This document shows, one piece after another, positions 30,580 to 32,000 of a DNA stretch of 32,000 nt. Within the stretch, counting starts at the first letter, position 1; every line of letters starts with the position of its first letter. Made by a program: the position numbers and the translations under genes. The DNA comes from Ruminococcus albus 7 = DSM 20455 (GTDB taxonomy: Bacteria > Bacillota > Clostridia > Oscillospirales > Ruminococcaceae). Location: contig NC_014824.1 of NCBI RefSeq assembly GCF_000179635.2, positions 90,001 through 122,000 on the forward strand. The letters run 5' to 3'. The notes under the pieces are model-generated. The model saw only the letters and a program-made list of their open reading frames with translations. It had not been told where the DNA came from and did no database searches.

Positions 30580-32000
30580 ATGTCCGAACCAAATATGACA
30601 TCGGAAATTGTATCGCTCCGTAATGAAAACGCTGTTCTCAAGGAAGAACTAGCACTTGCCAATCAGCAGTTAGCGTGGTTCAGAAAGCAGATATTCGGAA
30701 GAAAAACAGAGCAGACATCTGTTGTTATGGAAAAGGAGTTCGGTGTTCAGCTTTCCATGTTCGGAAACAATGAAGAAAAATCCGCAGCTAAATCTGCCGA
30801 AACAATTACTGTTCCCGAACACAAGCGCAAGAAAAAACGCACTCACGATGAATGGATGAACAATCTGCCTGTAAAAGAAGAACATCACAAAATTGACAAC
30901 CCGGTATGCGAAATATGCGGCGCCGAAATGGAAGAACTGACTCCCGAAAAGGCTTACGATGAACTTATATTTACGCCGCCAAAATATCATATCCGCAGGC
31001 ATATAGTACATAAGTACAAGTGTCCCGAGTGCGGAGAAAAGCCCGAAGAAAGGGACGAACCTTGTCATATCATCCGTGCGCCATATCCTCACGCTATGAT
31101 CCCGGGAAGCTATTGCTCTCCCGAACTTCTGGCTCATATCATCTACGAAAAATATGCAAAGTCAGTACCTCTGCACCGTCAGGAAAAGGACTTTAATTCC
31201 AAAAACATACCTCTGCTCAAAGCGACTATGTCTAATTGGGTAGGCACTGCTGCCGAAAAATGGTGTTTGCCGATTGTGGAGAAAATGCATGAGACGCTTA
31301 TCGCAGGGCAGATGATCCATGCCGATGAAACGACCGTTCAGGTGCTTCACGAGGAAGGCCGAAAGCCTACCACGACATCAAGAATGTGGGTCTACTGCAA
31401 CGGCAAAATGAATGACAGGAGCATCATCATTTTCGATTATCAGCCGACACGAAAGGGTGAGCACGCCTCGAATTTCCTGAAAGGATTTATCGGCTATCTT
31501 ATCTGTGACGGATACGATGCCTACAATGCAGTCGAGGGTGCTAAGCGATGCGGCTGTATGACTCATGCAAGGCGTGGTTTTATTCAGGCTCTTCCGAACG
31601 ACCAAAAGCTGCACAGCACTTCTGTTGCGGCAAAGGCAGTAGAATATTTCAACAAGATATATCACGAAGAAAATCTGCTTGCCGACAGCTCCACAGAATA
31701 CAGATATAAACAGCGCCTTGTGAAGGTAAAGCCTTTGCTTGACGAGTTTTTTGCGTGGCTTGAAAATGTTCAGGTCAGTGGTAAGGGCAAGCTGACAGAT
31801 GCAGTAAGATATGCGTTGAATGAACGGAAATATCTTTACACGTTTCTTGAAAACGGAGACGTGCCTATCGACAACAACAGAGCCGAAAACGCAATAAGAC
31901 CGTTTGCGTTAGGCCGAAAAAATTGGCTGTTTTCAAATACAGCAAACGGAGCCAGATCAAGTGCAACGCTGTATTCGATCATTTCAACTGCACAGGCGAA
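30580..32000 (+). CDS. IS66 transposase (tnpC-type), 3'-incomplete at the window edge
   Basis: ATG 30580 follows SD ggagggg. N-terminal coiled-coil LRNENAVLKEELALANQQLAWFRKQIFGRKTE. Zinc-finger CEICG...CPECG. ...HADETTVQV...GRKNWLFSNTANGARSSATLYSIISTAQA. The frame stays open to nt 32000. Confidence 0.9.
   Translation, partial: MSEPNMTSEIVSLRNENAVLKEELALANQQLAWFRKQIFGRKTEQTSVVMEKEFGVQLSMFGNNEEKSAAKSAETITVPEHKRKKKRTHDEWMNNLPVKEEHHKIDNPVCEICGAEMEELTPEKAYDELIFTPPKYHIRRHIVHKYKCPECGEKPEERDEPCHIIRAPYPHAMIPGSYCSPELLAHIIYEKYAKSVPLHRQEKDFNSKNIPLLKATMSNWVGTAAEKWCLPIVEKMHETLIAGQMIHADETTVQVLHEEGRKPTTTSRMWVYCNGKMNDRSIIIFDYQPTRKGEHASNFLKGFIGYLICDGYDAYNAVEGAKRCGCMTHARRGFIQALPNDQKLHSTSVAAKAVEYFNKIYHEENLLADSSTEYRYKQRLVKVKPLLDEFFAWLENVQVSGKGKLTDAVRYALNERKYLYTFLENGDVPIDNNRAENAIRPFALGRKNWLFSNTANGARSSATLYSIISTAQA

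Larger units (their letters stand above)
29679..32000 (+). mobile_element. IS66-family insertion sequence (left end to window edge) with the three-ORF organisation
   Basis: Terminal GTAAGCGTATAAC at 29679, followed by three ORFs: orf1, orf2 (an IS66 Orf2/TnpB-type protein, unrelated to IS605 TnpB) and the transposase. Confidence 0.85.

Noticed and set aside
30670-31665. Minus-strand ORFs 30670-31137, 31162-31350 and 31378-31665.
   Set aside because: They lie antisense to the clearly recognisable IS66 transposase reading frame.

Overview
Low-GC, Firmicute-like accessory region. The Clostridia/Ruminococcus-like assignment is inferred only from gene content; no search was run. All calls come from manual reading, so boundaries are approximate to a few nt.

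Layout:
(1) 1-8.1 kb: secreted surface and glycan genes. These are a BspA/LRR_5 protein, a DUF285-type LRR protein and a GH30 hydrolase with two CBM32-like domains. They are interleaved with IS66 remnants and an AT-rich repeat family.
(2) 8.3-9.5 kb: AAA+/DUF4143 ATPase.
(3) 9.6-13.1 kb: an island of about 15-16 tRNA genes arranged as three 'consensus promoter - mini-ORF - intrinsic terminator - tRNA cluster' modules. It also holds two paralogous small XRE-type HTH genes and one unknown gene.
(4) 13.1-17.6 kb: two IS200/IS605-type tnpB-only elements flanking a two-gene minus-strand cassette (LMW-PTP-like gene plus an unknown gene).
(5) 17.5-23 kb: a GIY-YIG/DUF1653 operon, small genes, an SH3 lipoprotein, a sortase-anchored Big_2 surface protein and a SUKH/SMI1-like gene.
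(6) 23-24.6 kb: a decayed IS110-family element.
(7) About 1 kb of AT-rich non-coding DNA, then an AtaT/TacT-like GNAT gene.
(8) 27.2-29.5 kb: a 794-aa DUF285 LRR protein.
(9) 29.7 kb to the window end: a three-ORF IS66 element.

Main finding: each mini-ORF in the tRNA island is built from the amino acids decoded by the tRNAs that follow its terminator. SYSYSYSS precedes Tyr x2 and Ser x4. DDYQCFFSFSFDWQD precedes Asp, Gln, Cys, Phe, Gln, Trp. A Leu/Glu-rich run precedes Leu-anticodon tRNAs and tRNA-Glu. This looks like leader-peptide attenuation applied to tRNA genes themselves.

Secondary finding: the second TnpB-like protein carries Asn at the third RuvC position and has lost the zinc-finger cysteines.
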